From the human T2T-CHM13v2.0 reference genome, Homo sapiens: a DNA stretch of 64,000 bases. The translations under genes and the position numbers were made by a program. Numbering within the stretch: the first letter of the stretch is position 1; each line of letters opens with the position of its first letter. This document shows positions 62,833 through 64,000 of the stretch, piece after piece. The stretch lies in the NCBI RefSeq assembly GCF_009914755.1, contig NC_060937.1; one strand, given 5' to 3'. Under the pieces are notes generated by a model. The model worked only from the letters and a program-made list of their open reading frames with translations, ran no database searches and was not told where the DNA came from.

Positions 62833-64000
62833 ATAGGTTACAGACTCAGGCCATTAAAGTGACAAAAATGAGGAAGTATGGTAATCTTATAAATAAGGGC
62901 AACCTTATTATTTGTAAATATAGATAAAAAGAATTTTTTGTTATGATGTGGGTCAGAGTGGTATGGAGTGTCATAGAAAACACATTTCTTTGCAACTCTA
63001 CCAGGTTGTAGACCATCCATACATTCAGTCCTAATTTTGGACGAGATTTACAAAAGTTGTGTAGGACAAAGGGTTATTTCACCTTTGCACATTGGCATGA
63101 TATCTGGCATCTCTGGCTCCTCACTACTCAATTCCAGTCATTCCCCTTTAATGATTTGACAATCAGAAATAATCCCATAAATTTTCAAAACTCCCTTCTG
63201 AGTGGTGACACCCCTATTGAAAATCATTCCTCTATTATTTCTTTAAAATTCATCATCAACTGCTGTCAACTCTACTGTCAAAACAAGTCCTGCCATTCAT
63301 ACATGATTAGTTCATGACCGTGAGCAAGAATCTGCCCTCAGTTCAGTGAGGGAGCATGAGATCTAGTCCTAAATCAGTCAGTGCACTGTATTCATCTGGT
63401 GACAATAGCTAGACATGACCCAATCAGAGCCAATGACACATAATGGAGCTTTTGATTAATAGCTTGGGAGACTCTGGTCCTCCCAGCCACCTCGAATGAC
63501 AGAGGCTGTAGGTATGGAGCTGCTTAACCATCTGGCGTGTTGCAGAGCCTCCAGTAAAAACCAATCCAGTGGAATGTATAGTTGGGTTTCGGTTCTCTTT
63601 GTGTGATACTTTCCCTGCATTAAGTCATGCAAGATTTGAAGAGGAGGAAACTATATTCCTGCTTTATAGTCAGATTGGGGGACACCTAACAGCATGGTGC
63701 AGGAAGAGCTTGTATATGGAATCTGTGACCCTAGTACTTCCATATAATATTTTCTGCACTTTATCAATCACTGAACCAGTTATATGCTCCAAAGGTTACA
63801 TCTTGTACCCTGAAGGGAGGAAAGAAGAAGAAGCAAATTTACACACAGGTACACAAAATACCTACCCAGTTCTAATTATTTTGTTTATTGTCTGTCTCTC
63901 TTCACTTGAACATAATCTTCATAAGGCCAAATTTTTCTACCTGTTTCGTTTATTGCTATACTCCTGGTGCTGAAGATGGTGGGATGAGGGAAAGGTAAGC

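Overview
Primate (almost certainly human) genomic DNA containing the 5' three exons of ARGLU1 (arginine/glutamate-rich splicing regulator) on the minus strand. Exon 1 CDS is 16335-15989, exon 2 is 8071-7846 and exon 3 is 5545-5462; the last exon lies off the left edge. A CpG-island promoter sits at about 15.6-16.7 kb. The remaining ~47 kb upstream has no credible protein-coding gene and is mostly MaLR/ERV LTRs, old L1/L2/MIR, Alus and DNA-transposon MITEs, several of them nested with visible target-site duplications (TSDs). The most interesting region is the 2.3-kb, apparently transposon-free ARGLU1 intron 2, known (from my recall of the literature) as a detained intron with an ultraconserved autoregulatory element. 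In it I read: a 58-nt frameshifting poison exon; a second 108-nt stop-containing candidate exon only 35 nt upstream (too close to be co-spliced); a cluster of weak 5' splice sites; further nested splice signals; tandem poly(A) signals; and an 82-codon read-through ORF that gives an intron-retained product of 273 aa, the length I recall for canonical ARGLU1. Two strong plus-strand donors just outside the promoter support a spliced divergent lncRNA. I found no wholly new gene system; the novel claims are inferences about splicing architecture. Repeat subfamily names come from recalled consensus sequences, and boundaries without TSDs are approximate.
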